Assembly: GCA_977030845.1 (NCBI GenBank)
Contig: OZ365110.1
Span: forward strand, 53,010,001 to 53,074,000
Source of the DNA: Fimbriosthenelais zetlandica
Taxonomy: Eukaryota
DNA length: 64,000 bases
Direction of reading: 5' to 3'
The notes under the pieces were generated by a model. That model saw only the letters and a program-made list of their open reading frames with translations, made no database searches and had not been told where the DNA came from. A program made the translations under genes and the position numbers. Below are positions 62,301 through 64,000 of this stretch, piece after piece. Positions within the stretch are counted from its first letter, which is position 1, and every line of letters begins with the position of its first letter.

Positions 62301-63049
62301 TCCCTGTCAGAGGATATTTTCTCCATTTTAAATGCTTTGGGACACATTTCAGCTGTGTTCTACAGTTAAACTTATATTTTAAAATCAAGTACTTGCTCAG
62401 TGAAGTCAGATTATATGTCTAGAGTTAGTACTGCATCATAAATTATTTATTATTGATTTAAATTTTAGGGCTCCGTTTATCGAAAAGTTCGTCCACATGT
62501 AGAGATCAGAACCAACGAACGTGATAAGTTCTGGGAGAAAACCAGAGTAAGTACCTATAATTTTTTATTTAATTTGTGTCCGTTTGTCTTACAAAAAATC
62601 ATTTATTCGAGTATCACGATTTACTTGCACTATTTATAAGTTTCTATACAGCAAATAGATGGTCTGTTTGCCTTATCTGTCACTGAAATCTTATGGATTG
62701 CATTCCATTATCTCTTTTAGGAAGAAGATCGCAAACGGAGGGATGAAGAAATGAAACAACAAGAAAAAGAAAGAGCTAAGTTAGAAGATGAGAGGCGGAA
62801 GAGAGAGGTACAGATACATCCGGTTTCTAAAGGATATTCTGAATTTTGATTCTAGTTTCCACTCTATGTCCATATAAAGTATATACGGTATGTTTTTTCC
62901 TGTGGTGAATGTAGCTTTTTTGTTTGTATCAGGAGGAAGAAGGGAAAGCGAGAGAAGCAAGAGAGGCGGAGAGAATAAGGAAAATTCATCACATTAAAGA
63001 AGCAGAGAAACGAGCCAACGCACCATCGAAGAGCAACAAAGACAGCTGG
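59357..63049 (+). CDS. DBNL: Drebrin-like / Abp1 actin-binding protein, 5' part (continues beyond the window)
   Basis: Exons 59357-59442, 60321-60376, 60613-60725, 60889-60963, 61184-61330, 62469-62546, 62721-62807, 62933-63049 join in frame. ADF-H domain ([51 protein letters not shown]), GSVYRK..RDKFW, then a charged coiled coil. Confidence 0.93.
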
Positions 63050-64000
63050 GTGAGTGCACTTGATGTTATTAAATCTAATAAATAATAATAAATATTAATG
63101 GATTAATACGTAAATACTAAATGGAAAATATTTATTTTTTATAAATTAATAATTTGCTTTGCCAAGATTGAGTATGGAAAATTGGTTTGTGAAATTGTGT
63201 ATTGACTGTAATACGAGGGTTTGTAAAATAGCGCCCATTGATTTTGTAATTCTCTACTCCTTCTGGGGTTGCAGAATTCTGATTATTGTGAATCCTCGGA
63301 ACAAAACTTGGATAAAAATATGCTTAAGTCTCTGGTGGTAAGCTCGCAGGAATTATTTCTCTGTCAGAGTTGTTTCTTTGTTCGTGAAAGTTAAATTTTG
63401 TTTTACAGCTTTGTCCCCATTTATAACTCCGTTGGTTGTTCAAACCCCGCCTGTTTAATAAATCTAAATGGCCAAATGATTAAATTTTGTAATAGGTCAT
63501 CTGCGTCTGCTCCTCTTAAGTAACTTATAGTAATTATCTTATATTATACTATATAAATAATTTATATGGAAAGTGTAAAATTGTAATGAGTGAAAATCCC
63601 AACTAATTTTACGCAGTACCTAGATATAATCTAAACTTTATTACAACAAAAACAGGACAAAGAGGGAAAGGGTGAAGTGAGTATATCGCATAAGATAATA
63701 TACAAGAAAAAAGAATACTTAAAACAACATGGAATGCATGCTGAACATGGATCGGCTTGCCGCCCCAGCCCTACTCCACTTCTTAATTGTATATAAGGTT
63801 AAAACAAAGTTAAAAGTAAACTTCGTTTCAAAATAATCATTAATGATTCCAATATACGAATGACTTTACCTGGAAAATATGATTTTTATACAGGGACATC
63901 ATTTGATTTTGAGAATATTATTTGATTCAAGAAACGAATAAATATTTAAGCAGAATATGCCTCTACTAGCTAATAATAATTGGTGGGAGTGGAACGTTTA

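Overview
Eukaryotic genomic DNA with spliceosomal introns, probably from an invertebrate animal (inference from gene content and SINE type); nothing here is prokaryotic. I reconstructed five host genes by hand from GT-AG exon joins: sulfite oxidase (SUOX, -), PUF60/half-pint (-), NHP2 (+), RhoBTB (-) and the 5' part of a drebrin-like/Abp1 gene (DBNL, +). There are also leader exons of an unidentified minus-strand gene at the left edge. The main accessory feature is an apparently intact 7,305-bp ISL2EU/Harbinger-related DNA transposon (19613-26917, 13-bp perfect TIRs, AT target-site duplication) inside PUF60 intron 5. It carries two convergent spliced genes, a THAP-HTH-DDE transposase and a SWIM + YqaJ/lambda-exonuclease-like protein. 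The two genes are interleaved: the last exon of each lies in the last intron of the other. Other notable structures are a 2,017-bp tandem duplication of most of SUOX whose extra copy is split by a CACTG/TA element, candidate poison and micro exons in PUF60, several MITEs, two SINE families, and TAGGCCTA-type palindromes clustered in promoter-proximal introns. All alignments and counts were done by eye and no database was searched.
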